DNA of 62,769 nt. Origin: an uncultured Oscillospiraceae bacterium (GTDB lineage: Bacteria; Bacillota; Clostridia; Oscillospirales; Oscillospiraceae). The position numbers and the translations under genes were made by a program. The notes below the pieces were generated by a model, which was not told where the DNA came from, made no database searches, and was given only the letters and a program-made list of their open reading frames with translations. Below, in pieces: positions 1 through 9,152 of this stretch. Positions within the stretch are counted from its first letter, which is position 1, and each line of letters begins with the position of its first letter. The DNA lies in NCBI GenBank assembly GCA_948766235.1, contig CAQCFX010000004.1:1842-64610 (forward strand), written 5' to 3'.

Positions 1-62
1 CGTTTTGTCTTGAGAATGCGCCGGACACGCCCGCCGCCCGGACGGGCGGATGCGGATCCGGC

Positions 63-785
63 TCAGTCCAAAGCCAGAGAGGCGGCCAAAAGCTGTTTGG
101 TGTAGGGGTGGCGGGGATGGTCGTAGAGCTCGTCCACGTCCCCCTCCTCCACAATCTCGCCGCCGGTCATCACGGCCACCCGGTCGCACAGCTGATAGAC
201 CACTGCCAAATCGTGGGAGATAAACAGGTAGGACAGGCCCAGCCGCTCCTTTAAATCGGCCAGCAGCCGCAGCACCTGGGCCTGAAGGGTCACGTCCAGG
301 GCGGACACCGGCTCGTCCAGCACGATCAGCTTGCTGCCCTGGATGAGGGCGGCGGCGATGGCCACCCGCTGGCGCTGTCCGCCGGACAGCTGGGCGGGTT
401 TTCGGTTCAGGTGCTCCTTTTCCAGCCCCACCAGGGGCAGAAACTCCTCCACCTCCCGGCGGCGGGCGCGGTCCCGCACCCCGGCGGCCCGGAGGGGTTC
501 CTCCAAAATCCAGCCCACCGTTTTGGCCGGATTCAGCGAGCCATAGGGGTCCTGGAACACCATTTGGGGCCGGGGGCTGTTCACCGTCAGCGTGCCGGTG
601 ACGTCCGTCACCATTCCCAGCACGCACTTGGCCAGGGTGGACTTGCCTGAGCCGGACTCGCCCACAATGCCCAGCACCTCGCCGGGGGCCAGCTCCAGGG
701 ACACGTTCCGAAGCACCTGCTTTCTCTCTCTGCCCCGCCCGTACCAGCTGCTCAAGCCGCTGATACGCACCATGGGTTCAGACAT
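63..785 (-). CDS. Peptide/nickel-type ABC transporter ATP-binding subunit (OppF/DppF-like, short form)
   Basis: Walker [18 protein letters not shown] signature, [10 protein letters not shown]-terminal HPYT; last gene of a 5-gene ABC operon. Confidence 0.9.
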   Translation of the reverse strand: MSEPMVRISGLSSWYGRGRERKQVLRNVSLELAPGEVLGIVGESGSGKSTLAKCVLGMVTDVTGTLTVNSPRPQMVFQDPYGSLNPAKTVGWILEEPLRAAGVRDRARRREVEEFLPLVGLEKEHLNRKPAQLSGGQRQRVAIAAALIQGSKLIVLDEPVSALDVTLQAQVLRLLADLKERLGLSYLFISHDLAVVYQLCDRVAVMTGGEIVEEGDVDELYDHPRHPYTKQLLAASLALD

Positions 786-1590
786 CCGCGTCCCCTCCCC
801 TCAGCTTTTTTCTGGCGGGCCGGGAGGCAATGAGCAGGCGGGTGTAGTCCTCCCTGGGGTGGTAGAATACCTGGTCCACCGGCCCGGATTCCACAACTTT
901 GCCCTGCTTCATCACCACCACCCGGCTGCACAGCGCCTTTACCACGCCCAAATCGTGGGAAATGAACAAAATGGCGGTGTCCTCCCGGCGGTTCACGTCC
1001 TTCAGCGTCTCCAAAATCTGGGCCTGGATGGTCACGTCCAGCGCTGTGGTGGGCTCGTCTGCAATGAGCAGGCGGGGCCGCAGCACCAGCGCCGCGGCAA
1101 TCATCACCCGCTGGCGCATCCCGCCGGACAGCTGGTGGGGATACTGCCGGTACAGCTTCTCCGGGTCGGGCAGGCCGGCCAGTGCCATGGCGTCAAGCGC
1201 CTCTGCCTTCCGCTGGGCGGAAGACAGGTGCTTTTCGTGAATGCGTAGCGACTCCTCCACCTGCTTTCCAATGCGCATGGTGGGGTTCAGGCTGGTCATA
1301 GGCTCCTGGAAGATGATGGACAAATCCCGGCCCTGGTACTGCCGCAGCTCCTCCCGGGACAGGTTTAGCAGGTCCGTGCCCTCAAAGAGGGCGCTGCCGC
1401 TCACCGACACCTGGGCGCGGCGAATCAGGCCCATCAGCGCGTGGGCGGTCATGGACTTGCCCGATCCGGACTCGCCCACAATGCCCACCACCTCCCCCCG
1501 GTCCATCTGGAGGGAGAATTTGTCCACGGCGGTGAAGGGCTGCTCCCGGTCGGTAAACACCACGGACAGGTCCCGAATGTCCAGCATCAT
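778..1590 (-). CDS. Peptide/nickel-type ABC transporter ATP-binding subunit (OppD/DppD-like)
   Basis: [29 protein letters not shown]; start moved to ATG 1590, which forms an ATGA overlap with the upstream stop. Confidence 0.9.
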   Translation of the reverse strand: MMLDIRDLSVVFTDREQPFTAVDKFSLQMDRGEVVGIVGESGSGKSMTAHALMGLIRRAQVSVSGSALFEGTDLLNLSREELRQYQGRDLSIIFQEPMTSLNPTMRIGKQVEESLRIHEKHLSSAQRKAEALDAMALAGLPDPEKLYRQYPHQLSGGMRQRVMIAAALVLRPRLLIADEPTTALDVTIQAQILETLKDVNRREDTAILFISHDLGVVKALCSRVVVMKQGKVVESGPVDQVFYHPREDYTRLLIASRPARKKLRGGDADV

Positions 1591-2393
1591 GACGCCGCCC
1601 CCATTCTCTCCCGGATGCCCTCGCCCACCAGGCCCACGCCCAAAATCAGCAGCACCACCGCCAGCCCCGGAAACACCGTGCACCAGGGGAGGGTGAACAG
1701 GCTGCCCTGGGCGTCCTTGAGCATATAGCCCAGGCTGGGCTCGGTGGGGCTGACGCCTATCCCTAAGTAGCTCATGGACGCCTCCGCCAGCACCGCGTTG
1801 TTAAAGCCGATGGTCAGCCCCGACAGCAGGGTGGGCCAGATGTTGGGCAGGATGTGGACAAAAATAAGGCGCAAATCGCCCACCCCCATGAGCTGGGCGG
1901 AGCGCACAAAGTCCCGGTCCCGGTACTTGAGAAACTCCCCGCGCACCAGCCGGGCAAAGCTGGGGATGAACAGCACCCCCAGCGCCCCAATCACGTTATA
2001 CCGCCCCGGCCCGGTGACCGCCAGCACCACCAAAGCCAGCAGCACGCTGGGAAAGGCGGCGATAGAGTCGCACAGGCGCATGATGAGCGCGTCCGCCGGG
2101 CCGCCGTAGTAGCCGCACAGCGCGCCCACCACAAGGCCGCACACCGCCCCCACGATGAGCACCGCCAAGGCGATGCTCAGGGTGGCGCCCGCCCCCTCCA
2201 GGGTGCGGGAGAGGACGTCCCGCCCATAGGCGTCGCAGCCAAAGAGGTGGGCGGCGCTGGGCGGGGCGTTCCGGGCCGCCGCGTTCATGGCGGAGGGCGC
2301 ACAGGGGGTCCAGAAAAAGCCCACGGCGGTGAAGGCCAGCATACACGCCGTCAAGATAAGGCCGGTGGTGAGATACCAGTTCTTTTTTTTCAT
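1587..2393 (-). CDS. Peptide ABC transporter permease (OppC/DppC-like)
   Basis: HLFGCDAYGRD motif, EAA-like loop (FVRSAQLMG), HILPN, multiple TM segments; start MKKKN after GAGGGGAGG. Confidence 0.9.
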   Translation of the reverse strand: MKKKNWYLTTGLILTACMLAFTAVGFFWTPCAPSAMNAAARNAPPSAAHLFGCDAYGRDVLSRTLEGAGATLSIALAVLIVGAVCGLVVGALCGYYGGPADALIMRLCDSIAAFPSVLLALVVLAVTGPGRYNVIGALGVLFIPSFARLVRGEFLKYRDRDFVRSAQLMGVGDLRLIFVHILPNIWPTLLSGLTIGFNNAVLAEASMSYLGIGVSPTEPSLGYMLKDAQGSLFTLPWCTVFPGLAVVLLILGVGLVGEGIRERMGAAS

Positions 2394-2397
2394 GGCC

Positions 2398-3339
2398 CTA
2401 CCTCCCCTCAATGCGTGGGTCCATCACCCGGTAGAGCAGGTCGGCCAGGAAATTGCACCCCACCACCACCCCGGCCAGCAGCACCACAATGGCCTGCACC
2501 ACCGGGTAGTCCCGGTTTCCAATGGAGGAGATGAGAATGCGGCCCAGGCCGGGTATGCCGAACACCTGCTCCACCACGATGGAGCCGGCCATGATGTCCC
2601 CGATGGCCATGGCCAGAAAGGTCACCACCGGAATCATGGCGTTGCGCAGCACGTGCCGGCGCAGCGCGGAGGCGCGGCTGTTCCCCTTGCTGTAGGCGGT
2701 GCGGATGTAGTCCTGGTCAAGCTCGGCCAGAATGGAACCGCGCAGCAGCTTCACCGTCATGGCGCTCTTGGGCAGGGCGATGGCCAGGGCGGGAAACACC
2801 AAGAAGCGCAGATGAGGCCCCAGCCCCTTTTCCAAGGGCACGTACTCCGGCTGAAACCAGTGGAGCACCAGGGCGAACAGGTACATCAGAGCGATGCCCA
2901 GCACAAAGTTGGGCACCGACATGGTGAGCTGGGTGAGCACCGTGATGATTCGGTCCACAATCCCGCCGGGACGGCGGGCGGCAATCAGCCCCAAAGGCAG
3001 GGAGATGGCCGCGATGAGCACAAAGGCCACCCCCGCCAGCATCAACGTGACCCCTATCTTATCCGACAGCAGCTGGGCCACCGTCATATCATACTTGTAG
3101 GACCGGCCGAAATCGCCGGTGACAAAAGCCGTCAGCCAGTTTAAGTACCGCTGCCAGACGGGCAGGTCCAGCCCCATCTGGGCGCGGAAGGTGGCAATCT
3201 GCTCGTCGGTGGCCTCAATGCCCAGCACCGAGCCGGTGGGGTCGCCGGGGATGACGGAAAAGGCCGTAAAGGCCAGCACGCTCACCAGCAGCAGGGTGCC
3301 GATGAGCAGCCCCAGCCGCTTCAGCAGGGCTTTTCCCAT
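2398..3339 (-). CDS. Peptide ABC transporter permease (OppB/DppB-like)
   Basis: IPGDP, GDFGRSY, YIRTAYSKG, RDYPVVQ, DPRI motifs; start MGKAL after AAGGAGG. Confidence 0.9.
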   Translation of the reverse strand: MGKALLKRLGLLIGTLLLVSVLAFTAFSVIPGDPTGSVLGIEATDEQIATFRAQMGLDLPVWQRYLNWLTAFVTGDFGRSYKYDMTVAQLLSDKIGVTLMLAGVAFVLIAAISLPLGLIAARRPGGIVDRIITVLTQLTMSVPNFVLGIALMYLFALVLHWFQPEYVPLEKGLGPHLRFLVFPALAIALPKSAMTVKLLRGSILAELDQDYIRTAYSKGNSRASALRRHVLRNAMIPVVTFLAMAIGDIMAGSIVVEQVFGIPGLGRILISSIGNRDYPVVQAIVVLLAGVVVGCNFLADLLYRVMDPRIEGR

Positions 3340-3411
3340 GACACAGCCGCCCTCCTTTCCTTGAGAAAAAGGAGCAGAGCCGCCGCAGGCGGTCCTGCCC
3401 CTTTTCATACG

Positions 3412-5001
3412 TTATTTGCGGCTCACCGCCGCCATGTCAATCACATAGGTGCGATAGAAGGTGAACCCGTCCAGCGCCGGATTCATGGCCACCAGCTCGC
3501 AGGCGTCCTGAATCCACAGGCTGGCCGCTTTTTCGTTCAGAATCTCCTGAGCCCGCTTATAAAGGGCAGTCTGCTCCGTGTCGTCGGTGGAGGCCATGGC
3601 GCGGGCCATCACGTCGTCGTACTCCTCGTCCTGGAAGGCGATGAAGTTCTTGCGGTTGTCGCTCATGTAGCGCACCAGCATCTCCCGGGCGGTCATGTCG
3701 TCCGCGGCGATGCCGCACACCGTGGACTGGTAGTTCCGGCCCCGGTACACATCGTCCACCCAGGTCTGCCACTCCACGGGAAGAAGCTCGGCGGTGATGC
3801 CCACCGCCTTGAGCTGCTCGATGAGCACCATGGCGGTGTCCATGTGCTGGGCGTAGTTGGACGGGGCGGTGATGGTCATGCTGAATCCGTCGGGATAGCC
3901 CGCCTGGGCCAGCAGCTCCTTGGCCTTTTCCACGTCCTTCTGATAGTTTTCCGCCAGCTCGGGCATGAAATACTTGGTCTGGGCCGGGTACATACTGGTG
4001 CCCGTGGCCACCCCCGCGCCGGAGCACACAAACTCAATAATCTCGTCCACGTCGATGGCGTAGTACATGGCCTGGCGCACCAGCTCGTTGTCGAAGGGCT
4101 CCACCGCGTTATTGAGGTACAGCGCCTGGACGATGTTCATGGTGTTTTGATGGACGGTGAAATCCTTCTCCACCTCGCTCAGCAGGGTGTTGGGCAGATG
4201 GACCACCATGTCCAGCGTGCCGCCCTTCAGGCCAATCACCAGGGAGTTCACGTCCGGGATAATCTTAAAGGTCACTTTATCCAGCTTGGCGGCCTTCTCC
4301 TGGTTCCAGTAGCCGTCGTACTTTTCCATCACCAGGTTGTCCTGGGGCGCGTAGGACACGAAGCGGAACGGCCCGGTGCCCACCATGGTCTCGGTGATGG
4401 AGGGGCCGGAGCCCTGGGGAATCACGGGGGAGGTGAGGGCGTTGATGAACTCCGTGCTGGGCTCGGCCAGGGTGATGGTCACGTGGCGCTCGTCCGCGGC
4501 CTCAATGCCGGTGACATTAGAAAACGCCGAGACCAGAGGCGTTCCATCGTTCTCCGATCCGGCGCAGCGTTCCAGGGAATAGACCACATCCTCTACCGTA
4601 ACCGGCTCCCCATTGTGGAACGTCACGCCTTCCCGCAGAGTGAAGGTGTACGTCATACCGTCCTCAGAGAGCTCATAGTCACTGGCGACGGCCGGAGTTA
4701 CCGAACCGTCGGGGCTGGCCTTCACCAGTCCCTCGAAGATGTTGAACAATACCTCGCGCACCCCCGCCGTTGCGGCCAGCTGGGGGTCAAGGTTGCTCAA
4801 ATCCTGTGCGATACCTACCGTGACTGAGTTCCCTTCGGGTAACTCGCCCGATTGTGCAGCGGACGCCTCGCTCCCGCTGTTACTCACATCCCCAGAGGGG
4901 GCGGATGTGGGCTCCGTGCCTCCTGTACATCCGTACAGTGAAGCCGGCAGCATGGCGATGGCGACCAGCAGCAAAAGGGCCCGTTTGACAAACTTGGGCA
5001 T
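3412..5001 (-). CDS. Family 5 ABC substrate-binding lipoprotein (OppA/DppA-like)
   Basis: Signal peptide with lipobox-like LYGC, LDPQ, YTFTLREGVTFHNG, GTGPF, VRQAMYYAID. Confidence 0.9.
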   Translation of the reverse strand: MPKFVKRALLLLVAIAMLPASLYGCTGGTEPTSAPSGDVSNSGSEASAAQSGELPEGNSVTVGIAQDLSNLDPQLAATAGVREVLFNIFEGLVKASPDGSVTPAVASDYELSEDGMTYTFTLREGVTFHNGEPVTVEDVVYSLERCAGSENDGTPLVSAFSNVTGIEAADERHVTITLAEPSTEFINALTSPVIPQGSGPSITETMVGTGPFRFVSYAPQDNLVMEKYDGYWNQEKAAKLDKVTFKIIPDVNSLVIGLKGGTLDMVVHLPNTLLSEVEKDFTVHQNTMNIVQALYLNNAVEPFDNELVRQAMYYAIDVDEIIEFVCSGAGVATGTSMYPAQTKYFMPELAENYQKDVEKAKELLAQAGYPDGFSMTITAPSNYAQHMDTAMVLIEQLKAVGITAELLPVEWQTWVDDVYRGRNYQSTVCGIAADDMTAREMLVRYMSDNRKNFIAFQDEEYDDVMARAMASTDDTEQTALYKRAQEILNEKAASLWIQDACELVAMNPALDGFTFYRTYVIDMAAVSRK

Positions 5002-5061
5002 TTTGCTTCTTCCTTTCCTTTACTGCATTTCTCGCAACCGTTATATTCAGTTGTCAGGGAC

Positions 5062-5089
5062 ATTGTAACACATCGGGCCGAAATTGCAA
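5062..5089 (-). promoter_or_regulatory. Candidate sigmaA promoter of the first peptide ABC operon
   Basis: TTGCAA-16nt-TACAAT with extended -10 TG on the minus strand. Confidence 0.5.
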
Positions 5090-5107
5090 GAGGCAATTTC
5101 GGCCCGA
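5073..5107. terminator. Perfect 15-bp inverted repeat after the radical SAM gene (terminator-like hairpin)
   Basis: TCGGGCCGAAATTGC-aagag-GCAATTTCGGCCCGA; U-tail weak. Confidence 0.55.
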
Positions 5108-5117
5108 CGGCGCTGTC

Positions 5118-6509
5118 TTATCCCGCTTGTCTATCCTCTGCGCAGTGCTGGGCGCAGCTGGCGCAGCTGTGGGAGCAGGACCACAGCCTTTCCGCCGTCT
5201 CGTCCCACGCCTGGGCGTAGCCGTCGCATTTGCCGCACAAGTGCTCCACGGACTCCGGGGACTGAAGGTCGGTGGACTTGGCCCCGGTGCGCGCCACCAT
5301 CTCCCGCAGCTTCTCCGGGTTCTCCAGCATGGGGCAGGGCTTCAGGTGGTTGTCGTTGAAGGGCTGGCCATCGTGATAGGCCATGAACATGGGGGAGCGC
5401 AGACAGTCCAGCAGGGACTTTTCCCGGATATTGCAGTCGGAGTAGTGGGCAAACACACAGGGGTCCACGTCCCCGTTGGCGTTGATGTGCAGATAGCGCC
5501 GGCCCCCGGCGATGCAGCCGCCCACGTACTCCCCGTCGTTCTGGAAGTCAATGACAAACAGGGGCTTTGTTTTCCGATAGGCCCGGATGCGGTCGTACAT
5601 CTGCTCGCGCTGCTCCGGGGAGGGCATCAGCTCGGTTGCGGCGTCGTTGCCCACGGGCATATAGTGGAAGTACCAGGTGAACTTGGCCCCCCACTCAATG
5701 AGCTGGTCCACAAACTCCTCGGAGCTGATGGAGTCCAGGTTGGCGCTGGTATAGCAGCAGGAGGTGCCGAAGGGCAGCTGGTGCGCCTTCAAAATCTCCA
5801 TGGCCTTCCGCACCTTTTGGAACACGCCGTCCCCCCGGCGGTCGTCGGTGGCTGCCTCAAAGCCCTCCACGCTGATGGCGGGGACAAAGTTTTTCACCCG
5901 CAGCATCTGCTGGGCAAAGTCCTCGTCGATGAGGGTGGCGTTGGTGAAGCAGAGGAACTCACAGTCGCTGTGCTTGTTGCACAGGGCAATCAGGTCGTCC
6001 TTGCGCACCATGGGCTCGCCGCCGGTGTAGATGTAAATGTACACCCCCAGCTTCTTGCCCTGGGTGATAATCCCGTCAATCTCATCAAAGGTGAGGTTGA
6101 GCTTGTTGCCGTATTCCGCCGCCCAGCAGCCGGTGCAGTGCAGGTTGCAGGCGGAGGTGGGGTCCAGCAGAATGGCCCAGGGGATGTTGCAGCCGTAGCG
6201 CTCCCGGGCCTCCTCCTGGATGCCCCAGCCAATCAGGTTGCCGTTGAGCATGAAGTTCTCGAAAAAGGTCTTGCGCACCTCGCCGTCGATGTCCGTCCAC
6301 ATGGAGCGAATCAGCTGGTACCAGTTGTTGTCCGGGCTTTCAATCACCCTGCGGAAGGCGGCGCGCTGGTCGGGAAAGCTGTTGGGTCCGTCTCCGGCGA
6401 ACCGGTCCACCCAGTCCATCAGCCTGGGGATATTGGCGTCCGGGTCCTTGTCCAGATAGCCGTACAGGGCGCGAAAGCCCGCCCGCTTCACACTGTTCAT
6501 CATGGTCAT
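5118..6509 (-). CDS. Radical SAM protein with SPASM/Twitch-like C-terminal domain
   Basis: CNLHCTGC (CxxxCxxC), TGGEP, CIAGG...HINANGDVDPC auxiliary-cluster motif, further Cys near the C-terminus. Confidence 0.88.
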   Translation of the reverse strand: MTMMNSVKRAGFRALYGYLDKDPDANIPRLMDWVDRFAGDGPNSFPDQRAAFRRVIESPDNNWYQLIRSMWTDIDGEVRKTFFENFMLNGNLIGWGIQEEARERYGCNIPWAILLDPTSACNLHCTGCWAAEYGNKLNLTFDEIDGIITQGKKLGVYIYIYTGGEPMVRKDDLIALCNKHSDCEFLCFTNATLIDEDFAQQMLRVKNFVPAISVEGFEAATDDRRGDGVFQKVRKAMEILKAHQLPFGTSCCYTSANLDSISSEEFVDQLIEWGAKFTWYFHYMPVGNDAATELMPSPEQREQMYDRIRAYRKTKPLFVIDFQNDGEYVGGCIAGGRRYLHINANGDVDPCVFAHYSDCNIREKSLLDCLRSPMFMAYHDGQPFNDNHLKPCPMLENPEKLREMVARTGAKSTDLQSPESVEHLCGKCDGYAQAWDETAERLWSCSHSCASCAQHCAEDRQAG

Positions 6510-6676
6510 ATGTCACACGTTCCTTTCTGTCTTTTGAGGTCTGCCCCTTGGGTATATGGGTTATGATAGCCGCCAAATGTGTCCGGCGCGCTGCCGTTTC
6601 GTTTGCGCCGCGTTAAACCGGCGCTCCGCCGCTGACAGCGCTATCTTACCCCCCGCCGCCGCCATGTTCCATAGAC

Positions 6677-6715
6677 AAAAAAGAGGGCCCTGTCAAAACT
6701 CTGACAGGGCCCTCT
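6677..6715 (-). terminator. Intrinsic terminator downstream of the TetR gene
   Basis: GAGGGCCCTGTCA/TGACAGGGCCCTC 13-bp stem followed by U6 on the minus strand. Confidence 0.8.
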
Positions 6716-6761
6716 CACTGTAAAATTTTGTCGAATCAGGGCGCTTCCCGCCCCGTCCCCC

Positions 6762-7322
6762 TCACTGCCGGTTCTTCTGGGCCAGCCGCTCCAGGGTGTA
6801 GTCCAGGCTGCCCTCCATGATGATATAAAAGTCATCCAGCCGGTCGATGGCGCTGGAGGGCATGCCCCGCTCCACCCAGCTGAGCACAATGCTGGCCAGC
6901 CCCTGGGTGAGAAGCCCGGTCATAAAGCCAATCTGGTCCTCCGTCACGTGATGGCGCTGGGCGGCCAGCCGGGTGCGGGCCTCCACCAGGGGCGCGGCCC
7001 ACCGGCGCACATGGCTCTCCACATAGCTGCGCTCATAGGCCCGGTATACGTTGAGCACCAGGGTCCGGTTCTCCCGCAGCATGGTCAGGGTCCGCTCCAG
7101 CACCGTGCGCCACTCCTCCGGGCGGGCCACCCCCAGCTCCTCCAGCAGCTGCTGGATGGCGTAGTCCACCACCCCGTACAAATCCGAAAAATGGTAGTAA
7201 AACGCCTGCCGGGAGATACCGCATTTCTCCACCAGCTCGGTGACGGTGATGTCGTCCAGCCGACTGCTTTGCAGCAGCTGGGCCAGCGTTGTCATAATCT
7301 CAATTTTGGTCGATTTCGCCAT
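6762..7322 (-). CDS. TetR/AcrR family transcriptional regulator (DhaS-like C-terminal domain)
   Basis: N-terminal HTH ITVTELVEKCGISRQAFYYHF; 186 aa. Confidence 0.88.
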   Translation of the reverse strand: MAKSTKIEIMTTLAQLLQSSRLDDITVTELVEKCGISRQAFYYHFSDLYGVVDYAIQQLLEELGVARPEEWRTVLERTLTMLRENRTLVLNVYRAYERSYVESHVRRWAAPLVEARTRLAAQRHHVTEDQIGFMTGLLTQGLASIVLSWVERGMPSSAIDRLDDFYIIMEGSLDYTLERLAQKNRQ

Positions 7323-7353
7323 GCTTCAGCACCTTCCACAGCATTTACGCAGA

Positions 7354-7382
7354 ATTATACCGGGTTTGACCGCGGTTCGCAA
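7354..7382 (-). promoter_or_regulatory. Candidate sigmaA promoter of the TetR gene
   Basis: TTGCGA-17nt-TATAAT. Confidence 0.6.
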
Positions 7383-7489
7383 GGGCCGCTCTTTTGACAC
7401 TTTATTCATTTTGTCAAAGAATAATTGCCTCCCTTCCGCGGCACACTGACAGGGCATCTAACCTTTTATCCAAAGCGGAGGGACGCGCC

Positions 7490-7855
7490 ATGAAGCAGCA
7501 CAAGAGCAAAACCCTGTGGTACGCCCTGGCGGGGGCGTGTGCCGGCGTGGTCAACGGCTTTTTCGGCGGGGGCGGCGGCATGGCCCTGGTGCCCATGCTG
7601 GCGGGAAAGTGCGGCCTGGACCAGCGAAAGGCCTTCGCCACGTCGGTGGCAGTCATCGCGCCGCTGTGCGCTTTGTCCGCGGGCATCTACTACTTCCGGG
7701 GAGACCTGGACCTGGCCGCCGCCCTGCCCTATCTGGCGGGGGGACTGGCCGGCGGCTGGGTGGGCGGAAAGGTGTTCCAAAAGGTCTCTATGGTGTGGCT
7801 GCGCCGGGGCTTTGCCCTGCTGCTGCTCTACGGCGGGGTGAAGGCGTTTCTATGA
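7490..7855 (+). CDS. Half-size TauE/SafE (TSUP) family membrane protein
   Basis: GVVNGFFGGGGGMALVP motif, AFATS; 121 aa; RBS GGAGGG. Confidence 0.82.
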   Translation: MKQHKSKTLWYALAGACAGVVNGFFGGGGGMALVPMLAGKCGLDQRKAFATSVAVIAPLCALSAGIYYFRGDLDLAAALPYLAGGLAGGWVGGKVFQKVSMVWLRRGFALLLLYGGVKAFL

Positions 7856-8211
7856 TGGACTTTTTTCTCGCCGCCCTGGCCGGGGCGGTCACCGGGGTGC
7901 TCTCCGGCTTTGGGGTGGGGGGCGGCTCGCTGCTGCTCATCTATATGACCAGCTTTGCCGGGCTGGCCCAGAACCTGGCCCAGGGCATCAACCTGCTCTA
8001 CTTTCTCCCCACCGCGGGGGCGGCCCTCCCCGCCCACTTCAAAAACGGCGTGGTGGAGAAAAAGGCCCTCCTGCCCGCCATCACCGCGGGGCTTGTGTGC
8101 TCCGCCCTGGCCGCCCGGGCGGCCACCACCCTGGACGTGGAGGTGCTGCGCAAATGTTTCGGCGGCTTTCTCATCGTCATCGGCCTGCGGGAGCTGTTTC
8201 GCAAGGGATAA
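7852..8211 (+). CDS. Half-size TauE/SafE (TSUP) family membrane protein
   Basis: GVLSGFGVGGGSLL motif, AQGINL; ATGA overlap with the previous gene; 119 aa. Confidence 0.82.
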   Translation: MMDFFLAALAGAVTGVLSGFGVGGGSLLLIYMTSFAGLAQNLAQGINLLYFLPTAGAALPAHFKNGVVEKKALLPAITAGLVCSALAARAATTLDVEVLRKCFGGFLIVIGLRELFRKG

Positions 8212-8217
8212 TTTTCC

Positions 8218-8246
8218 TTGCCTTTCCCGCGCCGCCGTGCTAAGAT
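8218..8246 (+). promoter_or_regulatory. Candidate sigmaA promoter of the ZIP transporter gene
   Basis: TTGCCT-17nt-TAAGAT with extended -10 TG; followed by a 16-bp stem at 8250-8285. Confidence 0.5.
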
Positions 8247-8307
8247 AGTCTCTGCCGGACGGACCCTGCGGTTCGTCCGGCAGAGTTTACGTAAGGAGCG
8301 CTGCGCT

Positions 8308-9090
8308 ATGAACCCCATTCTCTTTACCATTCTGCTCACCGCCGTCACCGGCGTGGGGGGGCTGGCCCTGGGCGGCGCGCTGGCCGCCCTCATCAAACGG
8401 GAATCCCCCCGGGGGACCAGTTTGATGCTCAGCTTCACCGCGGGGCTGATGCTGGCCATTGTGGCCCTGGACATGGTGCCCGAGGCCATCGAGGCCGCCC
8501 CCTGGCTGCCCATGACGCCGCTGGTGCTGGTGGCGGGCTTTCTGCTCACCTACCTGCTCAACTGCTGGATTGACAAAAGCGCCCACCACGAGGACAAAAG
8601 CAACCCCCACCACTGCGCCTGCGGCCACCACGACCTGCACACCGCCGGCATTGTGCTGGCCGCGGCGGTGGCGCTGCATAACGTGCCGGTGGGCATGGCG
8701 GTGGGGGCCTCGGTGGCGGTGCAGGGCATCTGCCTGGCCAGCGTGCTGGCCGCCGTCACCATCGGCCTGCACAACATCCCCGAGGGGATGAGCATCGCCA
8801 TTCCCCTGCTCCACGACGGGTCCAAAACCGTGTCCGCCATCGCCGTGGCGGCGCTGAGCGGCCTGCCCACGGTGCTGGGGGCGTTGGCGGGCTATTTCGT
8901 GGGCAGCCAAACCCCCGCCGCCCTGGCCGCCGCCCTGAGCCTGGCGGGGGGCGCCATGCTGTACGTGGTGTTTTTCGAGCTGCTGCCCGAGGCGGGCGGG
9001 CTGTGGAAGTCCCGCTGGTCCATCCTGGCCACGGTGGTGGGCTTTGCCCTGGGGGTGCTGCTCATCTTCGGCCACGGCCACCACCACTGA
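8308..9090 (+). CDS. ZIP family divalent metal transporter (ZupT-like)
   Basis: LHNVPVG and LHNIPEG metal-site helices, His/Cys-rich loop HHEDKSNPHHCACGHHDLH; RBS AAGGAG. Confidence 0.88.
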   Translation: MNPILFTILLTAVTGVGGLALGGALAALIKRESPRGTSLMLSFTAGLMLAIVALDMVPEAIEAAPWLPMTPLVLVAGFLLTYLLNCWIDKSAHHEDKSNPHHCACGHHDLHTAGIVLAAAVALHNVPVGMAVGASVAVQGICLASVLAAVTIGLHNIPEGMSIAIPLLHDGSKTVSAIAVAALSGLPTVLGALAGYFVGSQTPAALAAALSLAGGAMLYVVFFELLPEAGGLWKSRWSILATVVGFALGVLLIFGHGHHH

Positions 9091-9099
9091 GCAAACGGC

Positions 9100-9141
9100 A
9101 AAAAAGGACAGGCGGCTTTGTGCCGCCTGTCCTTTTCTTTT
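9100..9141. terminator. Bidirectional intrinsic terminator (ZIP / MATE)
   Basis: A6-GGACAGGCGGC-loop-GCCGCCTGTCC-T tract between convergent genes. Confidence 0.85.
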
Positions 9142-9152
9142 CTCATGGGACG

